Below, one piece after another: positions 9,835-20,947 of a DNA stretch of 64,000 nucleotides. Made by a program: the position numbers and the translations under genes. The notes below the pieces were generated by a model, which saw only the letters and a list, made by a program, of their open reading frames with translations, searched no databases and had not been told where the DNA came from. Source of the DNA: an uncultured delta proteobacterium. GTDB taxonomy: Bacteria > Desulfobacterota > Binatia > UBA9968. Location: contig CAWJBB010000079.1 of assembly GCA_963840855.1 (NCBI GenBank), positions 64,001 to 128,000 of the forward strand. The letters run 5' to 3'. How positions within the stretch are numbered: the stretch's first letter is position 1; the number at the start of each line of letters is the position of its first letter.

Positions 9835-10617
9835 TCATCCCTCGCTAGGATGAGGGCCGTGCTCACGCCAGCGCAGCAGCCGGCGCTCGAGCGCTTCCGC
9901 GCATATAAAAAGCAGCAGCACAAAGGTCATAATGAGAAAGATGAGCCCCATGGTCAGCGCCGCATTATAGGTGCTCTGGGCAAACTGCAGCAGATAGCCA
10001 AGACCACGGGTGGCAGCGACAAACTCGCCAACGACGGCTCCCGTAAACGCAAAACCAACGGCAACCTTGAGACTGGCGAGGACCCACGCCGTTACCGAGG
10101 GTATATAAACCTCTCGGAGCAAAATCATGCGCCCGCCGCCGAGCGTGCGGACTCGGTCTACCAGCAGCTGGTTTACATCCTTTATACCGCTGTAGACGGC
10201 GAAAAAAATAAGCACCGCCACCAATACCACCGCGAGAGCGACTTTAGAGGGAAGCTCGATGCCGAGCCAGATTACGAATAGCGGCGCCATAATGACCCGC
10301 GGGATAGCGTTCAGAATCATCATGACGGGCTCGAGAACATCGGCGACGATCGGTATTAATGCGGCGGCAAAACCAAGCAATATCCCGAGCGCCAGACCGA
10401 ATACCAGCCCGGCGAGCGCGGCGGTGAAGGTAGCTTCCAGGTGGCTGAAGATCGTGCCCTCGACAAACAGAGTGACGACGACTCGTAAGATTTCGCTCGG
10501 AGCCGGCGCATAAAAGGGATTGATGACGCCGGTCCGCGATAACACCTCCCAGATAAAAGTAAGAAACAGCAGCGAGATAAGCCGCCGCACCCACGCCTTT
10601 TCTACATAGGTTCTCAT
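9835..10617 (-). CDS. ABC transporter permease (NitT/TauT family)
   Basis: Six TM segments, AIPRVIMAPLF, GAVVGEF...GLG. Confidence 0.9.
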   Translation of the reverse strand: MRTYVEKAWVRRLISLLFLTFIWEVLSRTGVINPFYAPAPSEILRVVVTLFVEGTIFSHLEATFTAALAGLVFGLALGILLGFAAALIPIVADVLEPVMMILNAIPRVIMAPLFVIWLGIELPSKVALAVVLVAVLIFFAVYSGIKDVNQLLVDRVRTLGGGRMILLREVYIPSVTAWVLASLKVAVGFAFTGAVVGEFVAATRGLGYLLQFAQSTYNAALTMGLIFLIMTFVLLLFICAEALERRLLRWREHGPHPSEG

Positions 10618-11372
10618 TTCGCGGCCTCAACTTGCTGCACGCCCATCGCGTCGGACATGTCTTTCCAAAGTCGCTCAAGAAGCGGGGCGAAACTAGGATC
10701 TCTGCGGCAGGCGAAAATATCCCGCGGCCGGGGAATCGACACTTCATACGAGGTTTGGACTCGCGCCCTTGGCCCCTGCGAAAGCAGATATACGGTGTCG
10801 GAAACTGTTATCGCCTCCTCGAGGTCATGGGTCACCAAGAACACGCTCAGATGCTCGCGCTCCACCCAGTTTAGAAGTTCCTGCGTGATGCGCGTTCGCA
10901 CGATCGCATCCAGCGAGGCAAAAGGCTCGTCCATGAGTAAAAGTTTTGGTTTCAAGGCGAGGATCTGGGCAATCGCCACGCGTTTTCTTTGCCCTCCCGA
11001 TAGCTCATGGGGGAAACGGCTGCCAAAACCTTCAAGTCCGAGTCGATTCAGCCACGCATCAGCCTCATCGAGCGCCGTGCTTTTCGACAATTTGCGGATG
11101 CGAAGCCCGAGCGCGACATTCTCGCGGGCCGTTCGCCAGGGCAAAAGCGCATCGTCCTGAAACAAAAACCCTAAGGATTCCTGACCGCCGTCCACTTCCA
11201 CGCGGCCGGAGCGAGGCATGAGCAAACCATTGATCGCGCGCAGAATGCTTGTTTTACCCGACCCCGACGGCCCCACAAGACTGACGAACTTGCCATTGGA
11301 AACTTCAAGGCTGACTTTTTCAACGACGGGTTCGGAGCTATAAGCCAGAACGAGGTCTAGAACGCGGAGCAC
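10614..11372 (-). CDS. ABC transporter ATP-binding protein (NitT/TauT family)
   Basis: GPSGSGKT, LSGGQ, LLMDEPF, VTHD. Confidence 0.95.
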   Translation of the reverse strand: MLRVLDLVLAYSSEPVVEKVSLEVSNGKFVSLVGPSGSGKTSILRAINGLLMPRSGRVEVDGGQESLGFLFQDDALLPWRTARENVALGLRIRKLSKSTALDEADAWLNRLGLEGFGSRFPHELSGGQRKRVAIAQILALKPKLLLMDEPFASLDAIVRTRITQELLNWVEREHLSVFLVTHDLEEAITVSDTVYLLSQGPRARVQTSYEVSIPRPRDIFACRRDPSFAPLLERLWKDMSDAMGVQQVEAAK

Positions 11373-12437
11373 TTATTTCTCGACCACGGACAGATCGAGC
11401 AAGGCCTTATGATCAACAGACGAAGCCAGCAAACCTGCGGTTCTATGCGCGTCGGCGACACGGTTGGCGGCCATGAGATCAATTTTGACGTTGTCCGGAT
11501 AGAGAGATTGCCGGTACCGTTCCAGAATCCCAGCAAGCCGATCCCGGTTAGCGCCCGTGATAAGCTCTTTAGGCAGCGCCGCGACAGCCTCCTTCACTGG
11601 AATCGTGCGCGTATCCCTCAACCCCTTCGCGAGGGCACGCGCGAGCCGGCCCATCTCGTCCCGGCGTTGCTCGCGTTCCTCGACGCGCACGGCTACGCCC
11701 ATGAACTCGTATGCGCCGCCGAGATACTTGTTCGCTTCTTCGCTGTCCATGACGTTGGCGATCACTCCACCACCCCCGCCGGTAATTAGCGTCAACGCCG
11801 GCTCTTGCACCATGCCCGCATCGACCTGGCCAAGCCGGAGCGCATCATAAAGGTTGGGCCCGAGAGTCGCGAAGCGCACCCGGTCGGGATCCGCACCCGC
11901 CTTTTTCATAAGGTAGATGACTAAGATGTGGTCGGCATTGCCGAGACCCGAGACCCCCACCGTCCGGTTCTCGAGATCCTTCAGGCTACGGATCTCTTTC
12001 GCCGTTTTCGGCGCACTCGCGAGGGCAAAGAGCGGCAATCTTCCAGTAGAGGCAAAGCGGACTATCTTGGCGCCGCGGGCAAAGGCCTGCAGCGCCACAT
12101 CGAAAGAGGTGCCCGCGTAATCCACCGCGCGCCCCACCAGCGCCTGCATGGCCACGTTGCCGCCGCGTGTATATACCAGCCTGACATCAAGCCCTTCCTC
12201 CTTGAAATGCCCTCGCGCTCTGGCGACCTCGTACGGAATGACGCACAAGAGCTGCCCGCAGAACGCGAGCAGAACTTGGCGGCCTTGCCCGTGAGCATGC
12301 CTGCCGGAGATGAACATGATGCCGCTGGCCAGGCCCGCTAACCGCTTTAGCGCCGTTCGCCTGCCAATGGCTTTGCCGACGTCGAATGCTTCGGGTTCGC
12401 CACCAAAATCAGGCGTCAAGTTTTCACAACAGTCCAT
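11373..12437 (-). CDS. ABC transporter substrate-binding protein (NitT/TauT), Tat-like signal
   Basis: Start MDCCE at 12437 after GGGAGG; GRRTALK twin-arginine-like motif; NMT1-like body with CGQLLC. Confidence 0.85.
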   Translation of the reverse strand: MDCCENLTPDFGGEPEAFDVGKAIGRRTALKRLAGLASGIMFISGRHAHGQGRQVLLAFCGQLLCVIPYEVARARGHFKEEGLDVRLVYTRGGNVAMQALVGRAVDYAGTSFDVALQAFARGAKIVRFASTGRLPLFALASAPKTAKEIRSLKDLENRTVGVSGLGNADHILVIYLMKKAGADPDRVRFATLGPNLYDALRLGQVDAGMVQEPALTLITGGGGGVIANVMDSEEANKYLGGAYEFMGVAVRVEEREQRRDEMGRLARALAKGLRDTRTIPVKEAVAALPKELITGANRDRLAGILERYRQSLYPDNVKIDLMAANRVADAHRTAGLLASSVDHKALLDLSVVEK

Positions 12438-12689
12438 CTGGCCTCCCTTCCTGCGCAGGAAATCCTGCATACGATGCGTTTGATTAGTGCAATTGATGGC
12501 TTGACAAGTAGTTACTGAATACAACAAAGGCTGAAAAGACAAATCTTATTTGACGGTCAGATTACTTTCTGCAAGACCGTTAAATTAAGAGTGCGCCATA
12601 GCGCGGCGCTGGCAGGTCGTCTGGGTTGTAACCCAGGCCATAAGTCCGCTAGCGTTCGCGAATCACGCTGCGGATGCTTGGGCAAGCGA

Positions 12690-13457
12690 TTGATAGCTAT
12701 CTTAGGTTTCAGTTGGTGAAACGTGCCACGAAGACGAGATATGTGAAACGCTGCATAAACAATGGCCTCAGTCACCGCCCGGGCATGAGCGCCGTATCTA
12801 TCAAAAACATGATGCGCGAGTTGTGGTCCTTCATGGGTAGTCGTCCGTCGTCCTTCGCGTTCTTCATATCGGCGAGCGTAGGCTTTTCGCCCCCGGAATA
12901 CTCCCTGCTTTGAACGCCTCGGGGTTGCGAGCGTCAAGAAACACCGCGGTCTTATCATCCCTAAGAACGTAGAGCAGTCCCGCGAGCTCGATTTCAGTGA
13001 CACCGACCAGTGCTCGCCACACGGGAATACCCAGCTGATATCGCCGCACGTTCGTATACCCTGCAGCCAACAATTCCTCTGAAAGTCGTTTGCTTTTGCC
13101 GCAGAAAGGTCCGTTGCAATAGAGCACGATGGGCGCAGACTTATTGTTTCCAACGACGCGCCCAACCTCCGCGACATCAGACACATACTGCGAGATCGGA
13201 ACGCCTGGCTTTTCGGAGACATTGACGGCGCCGGGAATATGGCTCATGGAATACTCCATCAATGGCCGGGCGTCGAACACCGTTGCGCTCTTCTCTGCAA
13301 GGATTTTGCGGAGTTCGTTGGTTGACACCTCCAGGGTCTTTTGACCGGACTCCATCAGAGTGGTCTCGTGGATGGTTGCAGGCGAGTCGGCGCTGGCACA
13401 AGTCACCCATACGCCCAGCGCCAGCAAAAACACGATATGGAAAAGCGTCGCTTTCAT
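12690..13457 (-). CDS. exported tandem rhodanese-domain protein, frameshifted in the second domain (3' end approximate)
   Basis: Signal peptide, DARP..HIPGA, active-site YCNGPFC; the second domain continues in other frames (KNAKDDGRLPMKDHNSRI.., GAHARAVTEAI..AFH). Confidence 0.75.
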
Positions 13458-13599
13458 CTCTTGACCTCCTTTTTTAGTTAGCCACTAATTCTTGCCTCTG
13501 CCCCAGCGTTTAATCTATCCCCTTACATGTTCGCTCCTCCTTTAATTTGCGAGATTGCAGCCTCTTGTACCTCGGCGTGCTGTATGCGATGACGCTAAT

Positions 13600-13654
13600 C
13601 AGGAAGGTGCGGAAAGTCTCAAAAAAGGCCCAAAGAAATTCCAAAATTTTCCAG
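13600..13654. promoter_or_regulatory. 10-11 bp periodic direct repeats, candidate winged-helix operator
   Basis: CAGGAAGGTG|CGGAAAGTCT|CAAAAAAGGCC|CAAAGAAATTC|CAAAATTTTC|CAG between the divergent rhodanese and regulator genes. Confidence 0.35.
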
Positions 13655-13674
13655 CCGGATCGCTCAGTTCGGAC

Positions 13675-16611
13675 ATGCAGGAAGCAAAGCAACTGTTTTT
13701 TGGTACGTTTCGGCTGGACCGACTAACGAGTGTCTGTGGCTGGGAGAGAAAGAGATTCGGCTCCATCCGAAAGCGTTTAAGTTGCTACAGCACCTGCTGG
13801 ATCATCCAGGCCAAATGGTTACGAAAGGGTCTTTGTTGGAGACGATATGGCCAGGGGTCCACGTAACCGAAGCGATCTTGTCGGTCTATGTTGCGGAGAT
13901 TCGGAAGGCTCTGGGTGAGGATCCAAAGAAGCCAGTGTTTATCGAGACACTACACCGCAGGGGCTATCGCTTCATCGCTCCCGTCACTATCGACCGCACG
14001 ACAGAGATAAGTGAGAGCACGGCCGGCAGCGAGGAATTGATAAGACCGATCGTGCGTGAAGCGGCTACAGCCATCGGCGCTGAGCCGATGATAGGGCGTG
14101 AGAAAGAACTGTCCTTTTTGCTGGAGAAGTTGGACAGCGGCGCTGCACGGGACGGGGAGCGTTGTGTTTACCACCGGTCCAGCAGGGATCGGAAAGACCC
14201 GGCTGGTACGAGAGCTCCGAGATCACGCCGCGCGCGGTGGCTTTCAATGGTTCACAGGCAAATACGAAAAATCTGGAAACCATCCCTATGCGGTCTGGGT
14301 AGACATGCTGAGGGGATATCTCCAGCACAAGGGACGCTGCCTCATTGTGCGTCCTTATCGGCCCATACACAACAGCAGCTCGCAAGCATTATGCCCTGGA
14401 GTGATGCCGCGGGCAAATAGCAGCTCAAGCGTTGCGCCACAAGACTCGGAAGTTGAGAGGACCCGCCTTTTTGAGGCCTGGACTCATTTATTCGTCCAGA
14501 TCTCCATGGAGGCACCGCTTGTGCTGTTCCTCGATGACGCACAATGGGCAGGCTCACTGGAGCTACTACATCATCTGGCGAGCAACATAGGAAACCAACG
14601 GATTCTATCGCTGATTGCTTATCGGGATGACGAGCTAAAGATGAACGCGACTCTGTGGAAAACGGTTCTAGACATGAACCGGGAGCGGCTTTTTCATCCT
14701 CTCCCTTTGGAACCTCTCGAACAAAAAGAGGTGGCGCAGTTAATTTGTCAAAAGGTCGAAAAGACCATTGCTCCTCACCTCGTCGACGTCATCTATCAGA
14801 GGACCAGGGGGAACCCGTTTTTTGTGGAGGAAGTTTTACGACTCCTCCAGGAGCGAAAAGTCATAGTCGATGCCGAGGCAGGCGTCGATTTGAGAGACTC
14901 GGTATCGCTAGCGATGCCTGAGTCTGTGAAAACAGTGATTAACGAACGCGTTGAGAGGCTTGGGAAGGATGCAGTGGAGTTGCTTCGAATGGCCTCTGTC
15001 ATTGGACGGGAGTTCCCTTTGCGCGTGCTGGAAGAGTTCGCAGGCAAGCAGGAAGAGGAACTTATTGGGGTGATGGACCGCTGCGAAAGGTACGGTCTAA
15101 TCCACTCGGGTTCAGGATCGGGAGAAGAAAACTACGCCTTCACACACGACTTATTGCAGGAGGCTCTCTACGAGAGTAACGGCCCCGGCAAGACGACGGC
15201 GTCGTCATCTCCGAATAGGCCAGGTCATCGAAAAGCTCTATGCTTCGCGACTGGAAGATAGGTATGAGAGTCTGGCCTACCATTTCCGAGAGGGCAATGA
15301 CTTAGAAAAAGCCGTCATCTATTCTCATCGAGGGCCGTCAAGGCAGCGTCACATTGTGCCTACCGGGAAGCAGTGCTGTACTTTGAGCAGGCTCTATGCG
15401 CGCTCGAACATCTGCCCGAGGGCCGACAGAAGTTGGAACAAGCCATCGCTATCCGGGTGGACCTTGGCCCCGCGCTTATCGCCATTGGAAGTTATTTGGC
15501 CCCAGAAGTGGAAGAAAACTACACCCAGGCGCAAAAGCTATGCGAGCGATTGGGGGAGAGCGCGCAACTTTTCCCGGTGCTATGGACGCTGTCGCGAATC
15601 CGTAACTGGCGCGGTGAATTACTCGCAGCACGGCAGCTAGCAGAGCAACTGCTTTCCCTCGCCCGCCGCGAGCAAGACTCCCTTCGTCTATTAGAAGCCC
15701 ACCACACGCTATGGGCGATCTCGCTGGACATTGGCGAATTGGGCTCAATCAAGGACACGCAGAGCAAGACTTTATGCTGTACGATGCGGCGCCACGGGCA
15801 GCTCGGTTCCGTATACGGCGGGCATGACCCAGGGGTGTGCTCACGAATCCACGCGGCGAAGGCGGTGTGGTTACTTGGCTATCCGAATCAAGCTTTGCAG
15901 ACAATCGAGGCTGCACTGACCATGGCAGTAAAGCTGTCCCATCCGTACACTTCATGGCTGGCTCTGATGGCTGCTATTTGGATATATCATCACTGCGGGG
16001 ACAGGCGGGCTGCTCAGGACCATGTGGAGAAGCTGCTCGCACTAGCAACCGAGCAGCAGCATCGACGCTGGATAAAGGTAGCAAATTAAATGCAGGGTTG
16101 GCTCATAGTCGAGCAGGGTGAGTGGGAGCGGGGTATAGCGCAGATGCGCCAGGATGAGAGTGAGTTGCTTATAGAAGCGAGACAGCAAACTTACTACGCG
16201 ACGTTGGTGGCGCAGGCCTGCCTCAAAGGTGGGCAAACCGAACAGGCTTATAGTGTTCTGGCCAAAGAGCTAAAGAGAGTTCGCGATACTGGGATTCGTT
16301 ACTACGAGGCTGAATTACATCGAATAAAAGGAGAGGTGCTGTTACGGCGCTCAGCTTCGTCTCAAAAAGAGGCAGAGACGTCCTTTCACACGGCTATCGA
16401 TTTGTCCCGTCACCAAGGAGCCAAGTCATTGGAGCTCCGGGCAACAATGAGCCTGAGCCGTCTATGGCAGAAACAGGGAAAAAAAGCAGAAGCCCGGAAA
16501 ATGGTTCAGGAGATTTATGGGTGGTTCACGGAGGGTTTTGACACGGCAGACCTCAAGGCGACCAAAGAGCTACTGAAGGAGACATCGGGAGCCAGGCCGT
16601 CACACATTTGA
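13675..16611 (+). pseudogene. OmpR/CadC-type wHTH + AAA (STAND-like) ATPase + TPR transcriptional regulator, multiply frameshifted
   Basis: Fragments in successive frames: FGTFRLD/FIETLHRRGYRF (Trans_reg_C), GPAGIGKT and LFLDDAQW (Walker A/B), RTRGNPFF, C-terminal AELHRIKGE..GWFTEGFDT; several frameshifts and an in-frame TAA at 16087. Confidence 0.85.
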
Positions 16612-16804
16612 GTAAATTGAAAACAGAAGCTCACGGCCCGGCTAGGATGGACCAGAGTAAAAGTCGCAACTCATTTGTCATGCCAGTCGCTTAGTATGCT
16701 TGCTAACCGTTGAAACCAAGCATAGGGTTCGGCTCAACGGAAAAATCACTGGGGCGAAATAGGCCGACCAATAGATTCAACAGAACCACTGGAGGAAGGA
16801 TGAG

Positions 16805-16981
16805 ATGGAACCAATAGGGATCATCCATTCACCTTTTACAGACGTTGAAAATATGCCAATACAACCAAAGGGCGCAGCCCAGCGCAAAAAGAAGATGTCG
16901 CATCGGGCGGACGCCCAACGGTGCGCCAGTCTCTGGAACGTCTTTCATCATAGAGCGCATTCCCGGCTGGCTCTAAAATGA
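16805..16981 (+). pseudogene. trmO: 5' fragment of a TsaA/TrmO (YaeB-family) tRNA methyltransferase
   Basis: Own translation (58 aa, below the ORF-track cut-off): MEPIGIIHSPFTDVENMPIQPKGAA matches the TrmO N-terminus, followed by unrelated sequence; GGAGGAAGGA upstream. Confidence 0.65.
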
Positions 16982-17075
16982 ATCAGAAACCGGCCTAGTT
17001 ATTTCTCCCATCGGCGGGATAAAGAAACCTGCTACTGATCCGCCGCTTTTTACCCACAACCCTAGAGGAGATTCT

Positions 17076-17770
17076 ATGACTATTAACCATCTTAGCTTAA
17101 GGCAAGCGGTCATCGACAGCGCGAACCTTCTCGTGCGGACGGGCGCGATTTCCATGAGCCACCACGGCAACTTCAGCGTGCGCGTGCCCGGCACCGACAC
17201 CATTCTGTTAACCGCACCAGCTCCTTTGATAATTTGAAACCGGAAAACCTGGCGCTCCTCGATCTTGAGGGCCGGCTCCTCGAAGGCGAGATTAACCCAA
17301 CCAACGCCGAGATCGTCCACATGCACGCGATCGTCTATAAACAACGCCCCGAAACGGGAGCGGTGGTGCACACCCATTCGACCTATGCGACGAGCTTCGC
17401 GCTGGCGAGCCGGTCCCTGGGCTGCTCCTACGAAGCGTTGGTGCGCAACGATATGACCGACGGCGTGCCGTTGGCCCGCTACGGACCGCGGGGTTCCAAG
17501 GAATCCGTAACCAATATCGCCGCGGCTTTGCAGGAAGCTAAAAGTACCAAGGCGGTGTTGCTGGAAAACCACGGGGTGCTGGCCTTCGGCGCCGATCCCG
17601 CGGCCGCGGCGCGGGCGAACCTGATCGTCGAGGAAGCGTCCCAAATGGCCATCTTCGCCGAGGTGTTAGGCGGCGCGAAGCTGATTCCCCCTGAGCTGTT
17701 GAAAGCCACGGTTGGACGCAGGGACGACTTCGCCCGGGGAGGTGTGAAGCGGGCGGAGCAAGCGAAATGA
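17076..17770 (+). CDS. class II aldolase/adducin family protein; one frameshift near 17217
   Basis: ATG 17076 after GAGGAG; GNFSVR in the first frame, then MHAIVY, VVHTHS, LLENHG in ORF 17234. Confidence 0.85.
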
Positions 17771-18846
17771 AATTCGCGCATTTCTCGCACGTGTGGAACA
17801 AGCCCGGCATGACCGCGGCCGAGCGCTACGAGCAGCTGTGGCGCGAATTGGCGGCCTGCGATGAGATTGGCTTTGATTCCTGTTTTGCGGTCGAGCATCA
17901 TTTCAATCCCAACGAAAGCTGGATGCCGTCGCCGTCCGTCTATTGCGCCGCCGCCGCGGCGCGCACAAGGCGAATGCGGGTCGGCGCCATGGGTTATGTC
18001 GCGCCGCTTTACGATCCGCTGCGCATCGCCGAGGATGCCGCGGTATTGGACAACCTAATGAACGGCCGCCTGGAGCTCGGTCTCGTTGCGGGCATTGTGC
18101 CTGACTTCTTCGGCCCCTACCGCGCGGACTTCAATAACCGCAGGCTCCTCACCCACGAGGCTTTAACTTTCGTCAAGCAGGCCCTGTCGAGCGATGGAGC
18201 TTTTAGTTTCGACGGACCCGTTCATCAATACCAAAACGTGACGCTGTCCGTAAAACCATTGCAGAAACCCCATCCGCCACTGTGGATACATTCGCGCGAC
18301 GCGGAAACGTTAGCGTTCCTGGCAAAAGAAGGCGTCCACACCGGCTATCTCTTCCTCGTGCCGCGTAACGAGGTCGCGCCGCGCTACCGCGAATATCTGC
18401 GATTGTGGACACAAGCGGGCCACAAAGAAAAACCGAACATCGGTTACTGGGTGCTGGTCTATGTGGACGAGACCGACGACAAAGCAATGGCGAAGGCCAA
18501 GCAGTATTTCGCTTACTGCTTCACCAAGGTCTTCGGCACTCGCGCCGAGGGTGGCATCGGCTATCAGCGGCTCGCGGAAAATTTCATGAGGCGGAACGAT
18601 CCCGGCGGCGCCGAGATCGCGCGACACGCGCCGGACGTGGAGTATTTAGTCGAGCGCAACCTGGCCTTCGTTGGATCACCCAAGACAGTCGTGCAACAGA
18701 TCAAAGCCGCCGCTACCGAAGGCTTGTTCAACACCGTCCTCGGCGAATTCAACATCGGCGATATCGCCGAGGAAGACCTCATGCGCTCGATCAAACTGTT
18801 CGGCACCGAAGTGATACCGGCGCTGCGCGGCTTCGAGCCGTACTAA
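17767..18846 (+). CDS. LLM class flavin-dependent oxidoreductase
   Basis: AVEHHF, PLRIAEDAAVLD..GRLELG, KPLQKPHPP, LFGTEVIP. Confidence 0.9.
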   Translation: MKFAHFSHVWNKPGMTAAERYEQLWRELAACDEIGFDSCFAVEHHFNPNESWMPSPSVYCAAAAARTRRMRVGAMGYVAPLYDPLRIAEDAAVLDNLMNGRLELGLVAGIVPDFFGPYRADFNNRRLLTHEALTFVKQALSSDGAFSFDGPVHQYQNVTLSVKPLQKPHPPLWIHSRDAETLAFLAKEGVHTGYLFLVPRNEVAPRYREYLRLWTQAGHKEKPNIGYWVLVYVDETDDKAMAKAKQYFAYCFTKVFGTRAEGGIGYQRLAENFMRRNDPGGAEIARHAPDVEYLVERNLAFVGSPKTVVQQIKAAATEGLFNTVLGEFNIGDIAEEDLMRSIKLFGTEVIPALRGFEPY

Positions 18847-18867
18847 AAACGTTCAAAAAGCGGCAAA

Positions 18868-19833
18868 TCAATTCTTAATGCCGCTCCAGGCTTTTTCGGC
18901 AAAACTAAAATCAAAGACTTGATTCGGCGCAGTCTCTTTGGCGACTCCCAAGCTTTTCTTGGTAAACTCGATGGCGCCGCGCATCCAGGCCTCATCGAGG
19001 TAGCTGGTTCCGCCAAGGCGGCTCAGGTGTAGATCATAGACCTCCGCGGCCAATGATCGGTCTTTGATGCCAAGATGCTTCGACATGATCTCGATGGACT
19101 CGGCGCGATTCTGCCTATAGAAATGGAGCCCCCTCAGGCCGGCTCTGACAAAGGAGAAAACTTCGGACGGATGGGTTCTGATCTTTTCTTCCGTCACGCC
19201 GACGCCGCCGGACGGATAAGTGGTCAAGTAATCCCCTGAATAGGCGAGGTTATTGAATCCTTCGCGATAGAGCATCAGCTGTCGCGGTGGAGTGAGAAGG
19301 CATGCGGCGATGCGCCCGGTTCTGAGCGCCAGCGCCATTTCCTCGGGAGTGCCGATAACTAGAAGGGTCGTGTCTTTGTTGGGCGTCAGACCATTCTGCG
19401 TAAGGATCATCTGAGTCAAGAGATCGACGGCGCCGCCGCGTGACGAGATTCCAATGAGCTTGCCCTTGAGCTGCGGGATCGCTTTTATTTCAGGCTGGGC
19501 TACCAGCTCGAATTGCGGTTTTGCATTGACGACAAGGACAAGCCTTACGGGCGCGCCGCGAACGGCGGCGGCGATGAGCGCGCCGGCGGCCGATGAGTAA
19601 TCCACCGAGCCGCCAAGCAGCGCCTGCATCCCCACCGCCCCTCGTATGAGAATCGTTTCGAGATCGAGTCCCTCGTCGCGATAGAAGCCTTTGAGCTGAG
19701 CTATCCTGAATTGCAGCTCGGTTACGGCAATGGACGTCGTCGAAAACCGTATCTTCTTGAGCTGCGCGAGAGCGGGCGAAGCCGCGAAAAACAAAACCCA
19801 CAGCGCCAATACGCCGATGAATATTTTCTTCAT
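18868..19833 (-). CDS. ABC transporter substrate-binding protein (NitT/TauT/NMT1-like), orphan
   Basis: Signal peptide ending ALA, KGFYRDEGLD, QALLGGSVD, LKGK. Confidence 0.85.
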   Translation of the reverse strand: MKKIFIGVLALWVLFFAASPALAQLKKIRFSTTSIAVTELQFRIAQLKGFYRDEGLDLETILIRGAVGMQALLGGSVDYSSAAGALIAAAVRGAPVRLVLVVNAKPQFELVAQPEIKAIPQLKGKLIGISSRGGAVDLLTQMILTQNGLTPNKDTTLLVIGTPEEMALALRTGRIAACLLTPPRQLMLYREGFNNLAYSGDYLTTYPSGGVGVTEEKIRTHPSEVFSFVRAGLRGLHFYRQNRAESIEIMSKHLGIKDRSLAAEVYDLHLSRLGGTSYLDEAWMRGAIEFTKKSLGVAKETAPNQVFDFSFAEKAWSGIKN

Positions 19834-19933
19834 AGTGTGGCTCAGCTTTCTTCCGCTCGTCCTCAGGCCAAAATTGTCGGGCCGACTGCGCGGAGCCTAA
19901 CAAGGCACCCATGCAGCGTCAATCTTCCAAACG

Positions 19934-19970
19934 TCTTGAACGGCTTGAACGTTTTGAACGATTTGAACGG
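19934..19970. repeat. nonamer array (NNTTGAACG)x4
   Basis: TCTTGAACG GCTTGAACG TTTTGAACG ATTTGAACG. Confidence 0.8.
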
Positions 19971-19989
19971 CCCTGTTAGGGGGTTTCGC

Positions 19990-20019
19990 TTGACAACGCT
20001 AACGGCGTTAACCTAGAAC
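19990..20019 (+). promoter_or_regulatory. possible sigma70 promoter for the VOC gene
   Basis: TTGACA 19990-19995, 18 bp spacer, TAGAAC. Confidence 0.35.
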
Positions 20020-20054
20020 TGAGGCCAATCCCCGAATACGAAAGGAGCGCCCCT

Positions 20055-20867
20055 ATGTTTGCTAGAATCAGGCATGTCGCCACCCACACCGAACACTACG
20101 AAAAAGAGTTCAAGTTCTACCAGACCATATTCGGCATGAAACAGATCACCACCGGATTGGTTGACGAGACGGGTCAGTCCAATCCGAACCGGGGCCATAT
20201 CAGCGACGGCGTCATCGGCATGGCGCTTTTGACGAAACGGCCGGGAGCCCAGCAAGGTCTCGACCACTTTGGCTTCGAAGTGGAAGACTCCAAGGAGGTG
20301 CTCGACAGACTAAAACAGAAATACCCCGGACTATTATTCACGCAGGCGCTCAGCTACGTCCCCTTCGCGGGTATCAGAGCGCAGGACCCCGCCGGGACTC
20401 AATTCGACCTGTCACAGAAGGGGATGGCCAACGTCAGAGAGGGCTATTTGAAGGATGGGTGGGATCAACCGCGTTGGCTCAACCACATTGCGCTGCGCGC
20501 GCGCGAGCCCGACGAAGTGGCGGAATTTTACACAACGGTCCTGGAGCTCGAAGAGCTGCCGGAACACGCAACCGACGGCGCGATCACACTGACCGACGGC
20601 AAAGTGCGTCTGATAATCCGCCGCTGCCATGACGGCTACTATCGAAGCTTAAGACAGGGCTTCGACCACATCGGTTTTAAGGTGGAGAGTCTGGAAAAAA
20701 CCAAGAAAGACCTGGAAGACATCGCCACGACCTTTCCGGAATCCGCGCCGCGTAAGATCGCGACGGGACGCAGCGGGGGCGATCTAGAAAAAGATCTGCA
20801 AGCTTGCCCAATAGGAAAGCATGTATTTTCGGATCCCGACGGAGTGCTGTTGGATATTTCGGAATAG
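20055..20867 (+). CDS. VOC (glyoxalase/bleomycin resistance/dioxygenase) family protein, two domains
   Basis: IRHVA, GLDHFGFEV, DPAG; LNHIAL, FDHIGFKV, SDPDG. Confidence 0.85.
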   Translation: MFARIRHVATHTEHYEKEFKFYQTIFGMKQITTGLVDETGQSNPNRGHISDGVIGMALLTKRPGAQQGLDHFGFEVEDSKEVLDRLKQKYPGLLFTQALSYVPFAGIRAQDPAGTQFDLSQKGMANVREGYLKDGWDQPRWLNHIALRAREPDEVAEFYTTVLELEELPEHATDGAITLTDGKVRLIIRRCHDGYYRSLRQGFDHIGFKVESLEKTKKDLEDIATTFPESAPRKIATGRSGGDLEKDLQACPIGKHVFSDPDGVLLDISE

Positions 20868-20947
20868 CTGGCAGTTAGCCCTCGGTGTGACTACGCTTGC
20901 TGCTAGTGTCCTGAACGATAGGGAGCCCCAGTCCGGCGCCGGCACGG

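Noticed and set aside
16087-16089. Recoded stop codon in the regulator (Sec/Pyl)
   Set aside because: The codon is TAA and the gene has several other breaks.
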